Made by a program: the position numbers and the translations under genes
In this document: piece after piece, positions 12,716-27,639 of the stretch
How positions within the stretch are numbered: the first letter of the stretch is position 1
Layout: each line of letters starts with the position of its first letter
Notes under the pieces: generated by a model
Database searches by the model: none
Told to the model about the DNA's origin: nothing
What the model saw: the letters and a program-made list of their open reading frames with translations, nothing else
Assembly (NCBI RefSeq): GCF_009914755.1
Contig: NC_060932.1
Length of the DNA: 64,000 bases
Strand: one strand, 5' to 3'
Origin: the human T2T-CHM13v2.0 reference genome, Homo sapiens

Positions 12716-15680
12716 TTTTTTAAAAAAAACTTTTAAAACTTTTATTTTACGTTGAGGGAAACATATACATGTTTGTTCTGTAGATAAATTGCAAGTCATG
12801 GGAGTTTGGTGTGCATATTATTTCCTCACCCAGCTAATAATCATAGTACCCAATAGGTAGTTTTTCCATCAACAACCTCCTCTCACCTTCCACTCTCAAG
12901 TAGGCCCTGGTGACTATTGTTCCCTTCTTTGTGTCCATGTGTACTCAGCGTTTAACTCCCACTTATAAGTGAGAACCTGTGACATTTGATTTTGTTTCTG
13001 TGTTAGTTTGCCTAGGATAATGGCCTCTAGCCTCTTCCATGTTGCTTCAAAAGACATGATCTCATTTTTTATGGCTGAGTAGTATTCCATGGTGTATCTG
13101 TGTGCCACATTTTCTTTACTGAGTCTCCTGTTCATGTTCATTTAACTTCATTCCATGTGTTTGCTATTGTGAATAGTGTTGTGATGAATATAGACATGCA
13201 TGTGTCTCTATGGTAGAATGATTTATATTCCTTTGGGTATACAGTAATAGCTAACAATGGGATTGCTGGCTTGAATGGTAATTCTGTTTTAAGTATGTTG
13301 AGAAATTGCCACACTGCTTTCCACAATGGCTGAACTAATTTACATTCCCACCAGTAGTGTATAAGTGTTCCCTTTTCTCCGCAACCTCACCAGCATAAAT
13401 TATTTTTTGACTATTTAGTAATAGCTATTCTGACTAGTGTCAGACGGTATCTCACACTTTGATTTTGATTTACATTTATCTAATGATTAGTGATGCTGAG
13501 TATTTTTTCATATGCTTGTTGGCTGCATGCATATCTTCTTTTGAAAACTGTTCATGTCCTTTGCTTATTTTAATGGGGTTGTTTTTTGCTTCGTAATTTA
13601 AGTTTCTTACAGATTCTGGATATTAGACTTTTGCTAAATGCATACTTTTCAAACATTTCCTCCCATTCTGTAGGTTGCCTGATAGTTTCATTTGCTGCGC
13701 AGAAGCCCTTTAGTTTAATTAGGTCCCATTTGTCAAGTTCTGTTTTTGTTTCAGTTGCTTTTGGTATCTTTGTCATGAAGTCTTTGCCAGGGCCTATATT
13801 CATAATGGTATTTCCTAGGTTATCTTATAGGGTTTGTATAGCTTTATATTTTACATTTAATTCTTTAATCCATCATAAATTGATTTTTGTATATGGTGTA
13901 AGGAAGTAGTCCAGTGTCAATCTTCTATATATGGCTAGCCAGTTTTCCCAACACCATTTATTGACTAAGCAGTCCTCCCCCCATTGCTTGTTTTTGTCAA
14001 CATTGCCAAAGATTAGGTGATTGTAGGCATGCGGCATTATTTCTGGGCTCTCTATGCTGTTCCATTGGTCCATGTGTCTGTTTCTGTACCAGTATCACGC
14101 TGCTTTGGTTACTGAAGCTCTGCAGTCTAATTTGCACTTGAGTAATGTGATGCCTCCAGTTTTGTTCTTTTGAGGATTGCCTTGGCTATTTGGGCTCTTT
14201 TTTGTTGTTGTTCCGTGTAAGTTTTAAGATTGTGTTTTCTAATTCTGTAAAGAATGTCATTGGTAGTTTGATAAGAATAGCATTGAATCTATAAATTTTT
14301 TTCAGCATTATGGCCATTTCAATAATATTAGTCCTTCCTATCCATGAGTATGGAATGTTTTTCTATTTGTGTCATCTCTGATTTTCTTTAGTAGTGTTTT
14401 ATTATTCTCATTGTAGAGATCTTTTACCTCCCTGGTTGGCTGTATTCTTCAATGTTTTATTTGTTTTGTGGCTATCATAAATGGAATTACGTTTTTGATT
14501 TGGTTCTCAACTTGATGCTGTTGGTGTATAAGAGTTCTACTGATTTTTGTCCAATGATTTTGTGTCCCAAAAATTTGCTAAAGTTGTTTATCAGATCAAG
14601 GAAGCTTTGGGCAGAGACTATGGGGTTTTCTAGGTGTGGAATTATATCATGTGAAAACAGGGATTGTTTGATTTCCTCTCTTCCTATTTGGATGCCTTTT
14701 ATTTCTTTCTCTTGCCTGATTGCTCTGGCTAGGACTTTCAGCACTATGTTGAATAGAGTGGTGAGAGTACATCCTTGTCTTGTTCTGGTTTTCAAGGGGA
14801 TTGCTTCCAGCTTTTTTCCATTTAGTATGATGTCGGCTGTGGTCTTTGGTAGATAGCTGTTATTATTTTGAAGTATATTCCTTCAATGTCTAGTTTGTTG
14901 AGATTTTTTATTATGAAGAGATGTTGAATTTTATCAAAGGCCTTATCTACATCTATTGAGATGATCATGTGGTTTTAGTTTTTAGTTCTGTTCATGTAAT
15001 GGATAACATTTATTGATTTGAGTATGTTAAATAAATCTTGTATCCCAAGGTAAGGCCTACCTGATCATGGTGGATTAGAGTTTTGATGTACTGCTAGATT
15101 CAGTTTGCTAGTATTTCACTGAGGATATTTGCACTTATTTTCATCAAGGATATTGGCCTGAAGTTTTCTTTTTAATTGTGTCTCTGCCAGATATTAAATG
15201 ATATTAAATGGTATTAAATGATGCTGGCCTCATAGAATGAGTTATGACAGTGTCTATCCTCCTCAATTTTTTTGAATAGTTTCAGTAGGAATGGTACCAC
15301 CTCTTCTTTATATAGCTGGTAGAATTCAACCATAAATCATCTGGTCCTGGGCTTTTTCTGGAGTTTTTATTAATTATTCAATTTTTGAACCCATTATTGG
15401 TTTGTTCAGCAATTCAATTTCTTCCTGGTTCAATTTGGGAGGTTTTATGTTTCCAGAAATTTATCCATTTCTTCCAGGCTTTTCTGATTGCATGCATAGA
15501 AGTGTTCATACCAGTCTCTGACAGTTTTGTATTTCTGTGGGGTCAGTGATAATAACCACTTTGTCATTCCTGATTTTGTTTATTTGGATCTTATCTCTTT
15601 TTTTCTTATTACCCTTGTTAGCAATGTATCTGTTTTATTTATTCTTTCAAAAAACCAATCTTTGTATTTTTCTATGATTT
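12716..15680 (-). mobile_element. 5'-truncated LINE-1 (L1PA15/16-like)
   Basis: Antisense ORF2 remnants ([40 protein letters not shown]) and old L1PA 3'UTR. Confidence 0.9.
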
Positions 15681-16539
15681 TTTTATAATCTTTTATATGA
15701 TTTTAAATATAAACTCATTTGTAAGTCACAGATAGGAGGTAAGCATTTTCTATAATTTTTAGCAGCAAGATGGTCATTGTTGATTTTATAAGAGCAGATT
15801 GGTTGAAGTGCATTGAAATGGCAATGAAAGTGCAGTTCATGGAGAAAGTGAAGCGAAAAGGCACACTTCTTTCTCAAACTAAATAACTAGTAAGGAAGGA
15901 TAGAGACAGGATAAGAGATGGTTGAGTGTAGAAACAGTGTGCTTTGTGTTTAAGATGTGCAATACTTGTCCATGTTTATATTGTTAAAGTAACAACAAAG
16001 GCTGCCAGATATTTGAAACACAAAACAAAGCAGGGTCTATCTGCCTGCTAGACAAAGGAGAGCAGGCTCACTCAAGAAGTGTATAGGCTGAAAATAAAAG
16101 CACTACATATAAGGATAGAAAGGGGAGCTTATTTCACATAGAAAAAAATAAAAAAGAGAACATAATAATCCCCCTCCCTTGGATTTGGTCATGCTTGGTT
16201 GTAAGTTAAAAAAAAATGTGGACATAGAAAAAAAGTTCTACCAAGTTTAGAGTCATGTAGGGACAGTTTCCTAAGTGCATGATTGAACTTGGCAAATTTT
16301 TCTTTAACACTACACTGATGGAAAAGAATTATTAGATATGATGAGTGGTTAGATGTGAATAAGACATGAAAAGTGGAGATAACTAATAAAAGCAGGTCCC
16401 TAGCCAGATATTTTTTAATGGGTAGGAAAGGATATTGAGAAATTTTCTACCTGATAGCCTCTATTTTCTCTATAAGTAAGAAATTATACCTCTTATCAGA
16501 AGTAAGGAAAATTCAGTCAAAGAGAAGGTCCCAGGAGTC

Positions 16540-16651
16540 TAGGGTAACTACCTCATTCCAGCTTGCCAGGGACTTACTTGGCTTTAGCACTGAAAGTCCA
16601 TGCTCTGGGAACACCCTCAGTCTTGGGGAAACCAGGAGATTAGCCATACTA
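16540..16651 (+). mobile_element. MER81 (hAT-Blackjack MITE)
   Basis: tagggtaacta...tttagcactgaaagtcc...ccctcagtcttggggaaaccaggagattagccatacta, ~112 bp with degenerate TIRs. Confidence 0.8.
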
Positions 16652-16789
16652 GATGACACTATGGTTAATTATAGCTGTTGAGAATGAAGAAATAAATAAT
16701 TAGAACCTAAACAAGGCTGGAGACCAGAAATTTGTAATTATTTCAAACTATACAGTCCTGTGATTTAGAAGTGTTCTGTGTTTAGGTAT

Positions 16790-17210
16790 TGCATTTTGAG
16801 GTTTTGAGTTGCCATGAAGTAATACCAGAAGCTGGGCAGTTTAAAAAGAAAAGAGGTTTATTTGGCTCATGGTTCTGTAGGCTGTTCAAGCATGGCACCA
16901 GCATCTGCTTGACTTCTCGTGAGGCCTCAGGAAGCTTCCAATTATAATGGAAGGCAAAAGGAGAGCTGGCATCTCATATGGCAAGAAAGGGAGCAAGAAA
17001 GGGTTGGGGAGGTTCCAGGCTTTTTTCAACCACCAGCACTGTGTGAAGTAATAGAGTAAGAACCCACTCATTACCTCAGTAAAGGCACCAAGCCATTCAG
17101 AAGGGAATTCACCCCCATGACCAAAACACTTTCCACTAGGCCCCTCCTTCAACAATGGGGATCACATTTCAACATGAGATTTGGATTAAACAAATCTCCA
17201 AACCATATCA
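16790..17210 (-). mobile_element. MST (MSTA/B-like) solo LTR
   Basis: gaggtttatttggctcatggttctgtaggctg...aaaccatatca; TSD ggtat at 16785-16789 / 17211-17215. Confidence 0.88.
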
Positions 17211-17391
17211 GGTATATTTCAGTATGTCCAAAATAGTAGGGCAAAAAAGCAAATACTTTTTAAGGTAAGAGCTTTGACCAATGAACATCTCTATTGTTTG
17301 CAATTTCTGTACTTCCTGGAAGAGGAGGTGGAGTGAATTGGGGTAGTCAGAGGGAAAGAAACCAGACATAGAAACTCTGGTGTTTAATGGC

Positions 17392-19618
17392 TGTATTAGT
17401 CCATTTTCATGCTGCTAATAAAGACATACCCAAGACTGAGAAGAAAAAGAGGTTTAATGGACTTACAGTTCTGCATGGCTAGGGAGGCCTCACAATCATG
17501 GCAGAAGGCAATGAGGAGCAAGTCACATCTTACATGGATGACTGCAGCCAAAGAGAGCACTTGTGCAGGGGAACTTTTCCTTATAAAACTGTCAGATCTC
17601 ATGAGACTTATTCACTTTCATGAGAACATTACAGAAAAGACCTGCCCCCACGATTCAATTACCTCCTACCAGGTCCCTCCCACAACAGTGGGAATTCAAC
17701 ATGCGATTTGGGTGGGGATATAACCAAACTATATCATTCTGCCCCTGGCCCCATCCAAATCTCATGTCCTCACACTTCAAAACCAATGATGTCTTCCCAA
17801 CAGTCCCTGAAAGTCTTAACTCATTTCAGCATTAACTCAAAAGACCACAGTCCAATGTCTCATCTGAGACAAGGCAAGTCCCTTCCACCTATAAGCTTGT
17901 AAAATTAAAAGCAAGTTAGTTACTTCCTAAATACAGTGGGCAGGGGGGTGGGGTACAGGCATTGGGTAAATACAGCCATTCTGAATGGGAGAAACTGGCC
18001 AAAACAAAGGGGCTACAAGGCCATACAAGTCCAAAATCCAGCAGGGCAGTCAAATCTCAAAGATCCAAAATGACCTCATTTGACTCCATGTCTCATATCC
18101 AGGTCACACTCATGCAAGAGGTGGGTTCCCATGGTCTTGGGAAGCTCTGCCACTGTGGCTTTGCAGGGTACAGCCTGGCTTTTCTAGGTGCATGATGCAA
18201 GCTGTCGGAGGCGGTGGATCTACCATTCTGGGGTCTGGAGGATGACAACCCTCTTCTCACAGCTCCACTAGGCAGTATTCTAATAGGGACCCTGTGTTGG
18301 GGCTCTGACCCCACATTTTTCTTCTGTACTGCCCTAGCAGAGGTTCTCCATGAGGGCCCCAGTCATGCAGCAAACTTCCTCCTGGACATCAGGCATTTTC
18401 ATATGCCCTGTGAAATCTAGGCGGAGGTTCCCAAACCCCAGTTCTTGACTTCTGTGCACTTGCAGGCTCAATACCATATGGAAGCTACCAAGGCTTGGGG
18501 TTTGCACCCTTTGAAACCATGGACTGAGCTCTAGGTTGGCCCCTTTCAGCCATGACTGGAGTGGGTAGGACACAGGGCACCAAGTCGCTAGGCTGCACAT
18601 AGCACGGGGACCCTTGGCCCAGCCCATAAAACCATTTTTCTCTTCTAGGCCTCCAGGCTTGTGATGAGAGGGACTGCCATGAAAATCTCTGACCTGCACT
18701 GGAGACATTTTCCCATTGTCTTAGGGATTAACATTCAGCTCCTCGTTACTTATGCAAATTTCTGCAGCAGGCTTGAATTTTCCTCAGAAAATGGGATTTT
18801 CTTTTTAATCACATTATCAGACTGCAAATTTTCTGAACTTTTGTGCTCTGCTTCCCATATAAAAATGAATGCGTTTAACAATTGAATGCTTTGCTGCTTA
18901 GAAATTTCTTCCACCAGATACCCTAAATCATCTCTCTCAAGTTCAAAATTCCACAAATCTCTAGGGCAGGGGCAAAATGCTGCCAGTCTCTTTGCTAAAA
19001 AATAACAAGAGTCACCTTTGCTCCAGTTCCCAATAAGTTCCTCATCTCCACCTGAGACCACCTCAGCCTAGACTTTATTGTCCATATCGCTATAAGCATT
19101 TTGGGCAAAGCCATTCAACAATTCTCTAGGAAGTTCCAAACTGTCCCACATTTTCCTGTCTTCTTCTGAGCCCTCCAAACTATTCCAACCTCTGCCTTTT
19201 ACCCAGTTCCAAAGTCACTTTCACATTTTTGGGTATCTTTACAGCAGCACCTCACTCTACTGGTAACAATTTACTATTTTAGTTTGTTTTTATGCTGCTG
19301 ATAAAGACATACCTGAGATTGAGAAGAAAAAGAGGTTTAATGGACTCACCATTCCACGTGGCTAGGGAGGCCTCACAATCATGGCAAAAGGCAAAGAGAA
19401 GCAAGCCACATCTTATATGGATAGCAGCAGGCAAAAAGAGTGCTTGGCAGGGTAATTCCCCCTTATAAAACCAGCAGCTCTCATGAGACTTACTCACTAT
19501 CACAAGAACAGCAAAGGAAAGACCTACCCCTATGATTCAATTACCTCCCACTGGGTCCCTCCCACAACAGTGGGAATTCAAGATAAGATTTGGGTGGGGA
19601 CACAGCCAAACCACATCA
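17392..19618 (-). mobile_element. Complete THE1 (THE1A-like) MaLR provirus: LTR 17392-17736, internal 17737-19274, LTR 19275-19618
   Basis: Two direct ~345-bp LTRs around a ~1.54-kb internal region with decayed MaLR ORF (LIGNWSKGDSCY..LAAFCPCPRDLWNFELERDDLGYL); TSD atggc at 17387-17391 / 19619-19623. Confidence 0.95.
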
Positions 19619-20565
19619 ATGGCCAATAGGTATATTTAAAAAATGCTCAGCATCACTAATCATTAGCTAAACACGAATAAAAACTACAATAAGGTATTAC
19701 CTCACACCTGTTAGAATGGCCTTCATCAAAAAGCTAGAAAAAAAGTGTTGTCAAGGATTCCGAGAAAAGGGAGCTTCTGTACATTGTTAGTGCAAATGTA
19801 AGTTAGTTCAGCCCTTATGGAAAATGATAAGAAGATGCTTTTAAAAACTAAAAATGTAACTACCATATGATCCAGTAATCTTATACTTCTGAATATATAT
19901 CCAAAGAAACTAAAATCAACATGTCAAAGGGTTAGCCCTTCATATTCATTGCAGCATTATTCACAATAACTAAGATATGCAATCAACCTAAATGTCCATC
20001 AGTTTCTGAATGTATAAAAAAATGTGGTATACACACACAATGGAATACTGCTCAACCATAAAAGGGGGAATTTCTGTCATTTTCAACAATACAAATTAAT
20101 CTGAGGTACATAATGCTAAGTGAAATAAGCCAGACACAGAAAGACAACTGGTATCATTTATACATGGAATCTAAATAATTTGAAATCATAGAAGTAGCAA
20201 GTAGAAGGACCACAACTTACCAGCGGCTGGGAGTTTTGGTTATGAAGAGAAAGGGAATGGAGAGTTGTTGATCAAAGTGTAAAAAGTTTCAGATAGACAA
20301 GAGGAATAGATTTTGAAATCTATTGCACAATAGGGTAATTGTAGTCAATAATAATGTATGGTTTATTTCAAAATCACTAAGATATTCAGTTTCAAATGTT
20401 TCACCCTAAAAAAAGATAGGTAAGTGAGGTGACAAGGTGATTAATATGTTAATTGGCTTGATTTACTCATTCCACTTTGTATACATATATCAAAACATCA
20501 CATTGTACTTCATAAATGTATACAATTATAATTTGTCAACCAAAAAGAATACTAATAATTTTTTA
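19619..20565 (+). mobile_element. 5'-truncated L1MA-type LINE-1 3' end
   Basis: ORF2 C-terminus and L1MA 3'UTR; outer TSD agaaactctggtgttt (17370-17385) / agaagctctggcgctt (20566-20581). Confidence 0.85.
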
Positions 20566-20879
20566 AGAAGCTCTGGCGCTTGATCTTTTCAGAAGGGGAA
20601 AGTTCATATGGGACTCACTGATGTCAAGCTTTCCCTGCAATATCAATTTAAATTTTCCAAGAATGAGAAGTCACTTATTTTTTATTTCCATAGGAAGCAA
20701 AAACAGCGAGACCAGATATAAAGACTCAAATGTTATCATGCTATTATCAGCAGAGTACACAGAGAAAGAAAAAGAAATCTTTGTTTTTAATTTAGGAACT
20801 AAGAACAGAGGGATATATTAGCAGAAGGCCATACATTTCAAACTATATGAGTGCAACCCTGAGTCAAAACTGCTTGAGG

Positions 20880-21060
20880 TCACTGGGCATGGCTTTAAAA
20901 TCTGGCTGTGTCAGAATTACCTATGGAGCTTGTTAAAATTAGAGGTGCCTACGTATACCCCAGACTTCCTGCATAATCCTTGCGGATGAGGTCCTTGAAT
21001 CAATATTTGCATCAGGCTTTCCAGAGTGGCTCTGGTGCACCAGGAGCTTTAGCACCCAGA
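20880..21060. mobile_element. MER5-type hAT-Charlie MITE
   Basis: tggctgtgtcagaattacctatggagcttgttaaaa...ccccagac motif. Confidence 0.65.
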
Positions 21061-22419
21061 GATCTAGGGCAAGACCTGAAACTATAGACAACATTTGGAA
21101 GCTGCAGTCAGGGCTTTAAGAACCTTAACATCCCCAGAGATGGTCACTTCTAAATGAAAAATAAGTTAGAGCCATCCTCAACTCTAACTGGAAATAGGTT
21201 TCTTTCTCCCTAATTCTTTTTTCAAACATGGGTTTTAATTTTATCATACATAACTGATCAACACTATTTTTAGTTTTGCTCTTTTGGTGGCAAATGGGGA
21301 CTAATTCAATCTACTTCAACGAGATGGGAGTTTATTTTAGGAACATATGTCGACCAGACCTGAAACTTGATAACACTAAAGGACTACATCTAAAGCAGCT
21401 CTAAGAACCACTCACACAGGATTGCTCTCTCAGGCATCTCAGTTTCTATCAATTGGGGAGAAAGGCAGAGATGAAGGACTATGGGGTATAAACTTGACTC
21501 CCTAGAAACCATGATTGGAAATGGGCAGTTTTCATTAGAAGGGGAAGTGGGTGGTAGGATAAAGTGGGTATTTCTACTGCAAATACCTATGCTGCTTTTT
21601 GCTAAGTATTTCTTTCACTTAACATAATTCAGTAGGGAACTGAATCAGGTTTCTTCCTTATATCTTCATAAATACTTGAAGACTGAATCCTGTTTATTTT
21701 TTTCCCTAAATCTTCCTCAGACTCACTTTACTCCACATGCATCTTTCCTGCTGGTGCATGAGAACTTTTTTCTTTAAATGGCCTTTAACAATTCCCCATT
21801 CAAGAGACTATACTTAAGCAATTCAAACTTACTTGAGTGCCAGAAGCACATGCCAGGGTAGATTGTAAAGTATTTGAATGCAGTTTCCTCCACCACTTTC
21901 CCTAAACACCTGCAGAGCTTAGGAGAGCTCTGAACACAATGTAAACATGCTCAAACAATATTAGAAGTGATAAAGGAGGTCTGCAGGGATAAACTGACCC
22001 TAGTTAATGGTGAAACATGAATATAAACCAGGTCTTCTGCCTCTGTAATATCCTTCTACTTCAAATTATGTATGGGACTTAAAACTGATTTGGGTAAATC
22101 ACCAAACTTACAGGGCTTTGATCAAATCATATGATACTTGTAGATTAGAGGATAAACAAATTTTAGTAAAAGAGTATTTGATTCAAATACTCCGAAGTAT
22201 ATTTAAAAGTAAACAGGTTTTTTGGCATGTTAAATAATTTAAAAATTACAAGCCCAACTAATTTTTAAACTATTTACAGCTTAAAATACAGATTAATTTA
22301 CTGTCTTGCTCTTTAAACATTTTCTTTTAAACTGATATTGTTTGAATCTCTTTATCATACCTTGCCCTCTAATATTCTCAGAAAATCAAAAAATATTAAC
22401 AAATTCAGCCTAACCTCAT

Positions 22420-23470
22420 TTCTTCAACCAATTATTGTTCTGAGTTTATAAGTGAGAAGTGACAATGATGAATATGGTTTGAGGCCTGAAGGTACTCACT
22501 GTCTATTGGGGAAACAAACACATAAATAGGTAATTACACTATAATGTGGACAGTGCAATGCCAGATACCTATGGCTATTATGCAAGCACTGCACAGGGGA
22601 CACTTGCCCCAACCTGCAAAGGTCAGTGAAAGCATCCAGAAGTAAAAGATGTGAAGCTGAATCACATGACTGCCCCATGCCCAGTACCTAACCAGCCTTA
22701 ACAGCTTCATGTCTCAACGGCCATCAGCAAGTCCTGGTAAATACGTCTTGGCTTCAAAAACCTCTATCTCACCTGCAAGCACTCCAATTGAAACGACCAT
22801 TTCTCACACAGACTACTACAATAGCCTCTTGGCAATTTTCCCCACTTCCATTTCTTATTTCTGTCCATTTAGTTTGCATATGGCATCCAGAGTAACATCA
22901 TGTTACAGATCTGTTTAATTATTTCATGACTTCCCATCTCATATTTAGTTCCAAACAAACAACTTTCTAAGAAAAGCTCCTGATTGATCTGGGTCCCTGT
23001 CTCCCTCTCCAGTCTCAGCTCAATCTAAGTTCCTCTCTCACTACTCTCCAGTGCACTGACTTTCTGTTTCTCAAACACAAGCTCTATACTCCTTCAGGGC
23101 TTTTGCAACATGCTGTATTCTCTGTTTGGAATTATACTCTTCTTTCCTTGGCTGGCTACTTTTCATCTTTCAGGTCTGAAGTTAAATACCTCTTCTTTAG
23201 ACATTTCTGATGATATGAAATAAACCTCCCTTATTATTTATTTTCACTCTCTGTCTCTTGTTTATAGCTTTGTAGCCCCTGTTACCAGTTGACTATTATA
23301 ATGATAGCTTGTTTACTGCTTTCTGCCTGCCTTCTCACTAGGTTATAATTTGCTTCATAAGGGCTTAGGCCAAGTCAGTTTTGTTCATCCATGTACACCG
23401 GCCACCTAGTAGAATACAGCCTCAAAACTAGGCATTCATTAAGTATTTGTTGCATAAGTGAATAAATACA
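22420..23470. mobile_element. L2 fragments (both orientations)
   Basis: L2 3' motifs gactactacaatagcctc, cagggcttttgcaacatgctg, taggcattcattaagtatttgttg. Confidence 0.7.
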
Positions 23471-23855
23471 TACACTCTGTGATCTAGCAAATCAAAACTA
23501 CTCACTTTTTTTTCCATTGACTTCACTGGTATTCTTATATTTTTCAAGAAGACCATCTACCCAGCCACTAACTCTGCTTATAGATGGAGTAATTTCAAAA
23601 TTTCTTTTCCATCTTGAATTCTTCTCTAATTTCTCAAAAATGATTCATCATTCTTTCCTTTGAATGTGCATAAGGATTTTAGCTTCTCTTAGGGTTAATG
23701 TTTGCATTATATGTTTTTTGCATAATTGTCCTGTGCCCCTTAAAGCCAGGAACCATGCCTGGCCACCTTATTTCTACCATAGAGCCAGGCAATGTTCACT
23801 AACAGTGATTATTCTGTAAAAGTGATGAGTGAACCAATTAATAAAATAATTTTTG

Positions 23856-24256
<401 letters not shown>

Positions 24257-26047
24257 TTAGGGTATGTGCTGAATGAACTGTGTCACCTCTTATTTTCTGT
24301 ATCCACTCTTAATGTTGTTATCTTTATCACACTGTGGCCTTTCTCAGTGAAGCTGTCAAAATCCAGCTGGGCTGGTCAGCAAGATGCTGATGTTGCTCTG
24401 ACACCTTGTCAACAATGACACTCCCTGTATCTGCCATTAAAAAAAAATCAGTGTTACATGGAAGGTAGAACTATATCAAGAATAATCTGAAGAAATTATT
24501 CTTAAGAAGAGTTTTTGAAATATTTGAGAACAGCCCAACACAGATAAGATTGTTTAAATTTCTCTGACGACTTTCACATAATTTTCTTATCTCATAATTA
24601 CTAAACTCAAAATTCAATAACTAGAGATGTTAAGAGATATTAGCTTTAACATTAGCAGAAACCTCAAAAAAGGACTTTAATTAAAGAGTCCTGTAGCAAT
24701 GTGCTGGGTACACATTTTTGACATAATTCACCTACCATATACAGCTGAAAATCCAATTTATACAACTTATGTTTCATAAAATAAAAATGCTAGCCAAAGT
24801 TATTTATAGCACAATGAAAGTTGTTAAAAGTCTAAAGCACGATAGTGACCTTTACATTATCCCAGAAAAGGCAATTTATTTCATAGACTATTGAATATAG
24901 AAACCATTTTCAGATACATCTAGTTTAAGTGGTAAAATTGCAGAAAATTACACATACAGCATGATAGCTTTTTTCCTACTCTAAGAAAACTACCTAAGTG
25001 CCTTCAAACTCTGTAAAATCGCTGCTCTTTTAGAATTAATGGTTTCCTAAATTACCATAAGCTGTCAACTTTTACAACCATTTTTGATTATTTTATGTTT
25101 AATACATATTTATTGGGGACCACTAAATTTAACATAAACTATAAGAGTTGTGACACTGGCCCTAAACAAACTTCATACAATAGCACCTAGCCTTGTTCTA
25201 CTGAGAGGAGAGAGGAAAGAGAAGTAAGAGAGAAAAATATCCCTTCACGAAATCATCATTAAAGGCGGCCTCAAGGAAGACATGACCCAGCACCGACAGC
25301 TTCTAGCCCCTTAAGAGTTTTTCATCTCGAAATTTTATACTCTCTAATTTTATTAACTATGCTGTGCTATATACTTTTCCTCATAATTCTTTAGAATTGT
25401 GATTCGTGAATTTGATAGGTATTCTATACTGAGCTTGAACAAATCTCCCTGTCAATCCTTTATTATGTTTGCGATTGTATATACTTTGATCTTCCTTATA
25501 CATCAGCATTTGATCTTTTAGACTGGAGTTCAATATTTCTAAGTTCATCATTTTAGAGAGTTTAAGAATCTCAGCCTCCTTGATCATTTAAATTGTCCTT
25601 CCTGTGAACTTCCTAGGTCTTTTAGTTATGGTCTTTTTAACTCTGTCAAAGCCAGGTTTTTCCTTCTATTTGGGATCTAACATTGTTAACATGCTGACAT
25701 TTAAAGATTTATGCAGCATGCAGAAATCAATGAAAAATCACGTAAGATCTGAGAAATTGTCAATAAAAATCAACTAAGGGCTTATTCTATAGCTATGTAG
25801 GCTGCTAATATCTACCTGATAGTCAAGTCTCATCTGAGTCAAAACACCTCTCAACCTAAATACATCTCTTCTACTTACCAAATACTGTGTCTGAAATTCC
25901 TAGTGTTATAAACACTCCTTAAAATGCAAACAACTTACCAATCTAGGAGAGAAAGACTGTTAATACATTGTAATCTAATTAGAGGATATTACATCCTTCT
26001 GCCTGGAGATACTGGTGTGTCAGCCAGGTAGAATTTAATGGAATAAA

Positions 26048-26462
26048 TGATATTGTTTGGATGTTTGTCCCCTCCAAATCTCATGTTGAAATGTGATCCC
26101 CAGTGTTGGAGGCAGAGACTGGTAGGACGTTTTTGGGTAATGGGGATGACTCCCTTATGAATGGCTTGGTGCCCTCCCCATGGTAATGAGTTCTCACCCT
26201 CATAGTTCAGGCAACAGCTTGGTGTTGAAAGGGTTCTGGCATCTCCTCCTCTGTCTCTCTTGCACCCTTTTGCTATGGGACATGTTGCTCCCCCTTCACC
26301 TGCCACCACAATTGAAAACTTCCTGAGGCCGTCTTCTGGAGCAGATGCCAGTGCTATGCTTCCTGTACTGCCTGCAGAATCATGAGCCAAAATAAACCTC
26401 TTGTCTTTATAAATTATCCAGTCTCAGGTATTCCTTTAGAGCAACACAAATGGACTAACACA
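26048..26462 (+). mobile_element. MSTB-like solo LTR
   Basis: tgatattgtttggatgtttgtcccctccaaatctcatgttgaaatg...gcaacacaaatggactaacaca. Confidence 0.88.
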
Positions 26463-26499
26463 GTAAGTATGTAAAGAAATGGCTAAGTTTAAGGAAATA

Positions 26500-27400
26500 T
26501 TTATGAAAGTAAGTCTAGGTAGGATTCTTAGGAGATAATGTGTAGTCAGGTGCAAGCATCCAGCAAATATAGAGCCTTGAAGGTGGGCATCTAAATAAGA
26601 GGAAAAAGCCTGGAATAGCAGATGCAACTAGATTTAAAATTAGCCCCAAATAAGCATTTGCACTTAAATGGCATAGTTGTATTAGAGAAACATTTTCATC
26701 CATAAGAGATTAATTTCAAGTAGCTGCATAAATGCAAATGACAATTAACTTTAATCTTGATGGCTAACTCACAAATTGGCAACATTTTAGAAATTCATGA
26801 AATATAAGTTTAATTAAAAAGGCATACAACTAGATTATTAAGAAAAAATACTTGTAAAAATCATACTTATTAAACAAAGATATGCAAATTAAGACATAAA
26901 TAATCTATCAGAGTGTCAACAATTTTAAAAATGTTATCTTAAATGTAGCAGCAATACAGCTGGTAGAAATAGAAACCGGCACAAACTTTCTGGGAAACAA
27001 TTTGGCAATATATACCAAGGTCCTAGGTAATATATATACCATCAGAGGAGAGTCTGTTTTAGAAATCTGTCCTTGGCAAACAAAGACGCAAAAAGGATTT
27101 CTTACTAGCTTTATTTGTAGCAAGAAGAACTATAAAATAGATATAGTTATATAGATATATCTGAATGGTTAGAAACACTGTGATTAAAAGAGCAAAGAAT
27201 ATTATACAGCTGTTGGAAATCATTTTTATAAATATATAATGGTATGGAAAAATAGCTATGAATCTTAAGAAAAGTGTGGAAGTAAATATTAAATCTTATA
27301 TTAGGCTTTTTACAGGGTAGTAGAATTATACTTTTTTATACTTTATTGTATTCTCTTCAAAATGATGTATTCCTTATATATTTTGGAAAATAACACACTT
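26500..27400 (+). mobile_element. Old L1ME-type fragment
   Basis: Degenerate ORF2 3' motifs (atgcaaattaag, aactttctgggaaacaatttggcaatatatacc). Confidence 0.6.
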
Positions 27401-27639
27401 TTAAGAAACGTAAGACTCTAAAGGTGGACTTCTTAGGCCTTACTAGTCATTGCAAAGTACTTTCAAGAAAGTTGAATCCAGATAGAAAAATGAAAAGAAG
27501 ACACATGAAGGCTGTGTCAGGGTATAACTTTTCTCAAAGCCTCAAATCACCTGAAGCACAACTTTATTTTTAATATTTTACAATGTTGAATGCTGAGCAT
27601 ATGATTTTGAAAGACACATCCTTCTTAGGGAACAAAAAC

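Noticed and set aside
15191-15220. Three copies of (a/g)tattaaatg; similar short tandem at 29929-29968
   Set aside because: Simple slippage duplications with no spacers; not CRISPR-like.
18750-19061. 103-aa ORF as a host gene
   Set aside because: It is the decayed MaLR internal ORF of THE1.
25630-25665. EKPGFDRV read as the RT 'KAFD' motif
   Set aside because: FFIDF about 80 bp upstream fits that position better; not counted as evidence.
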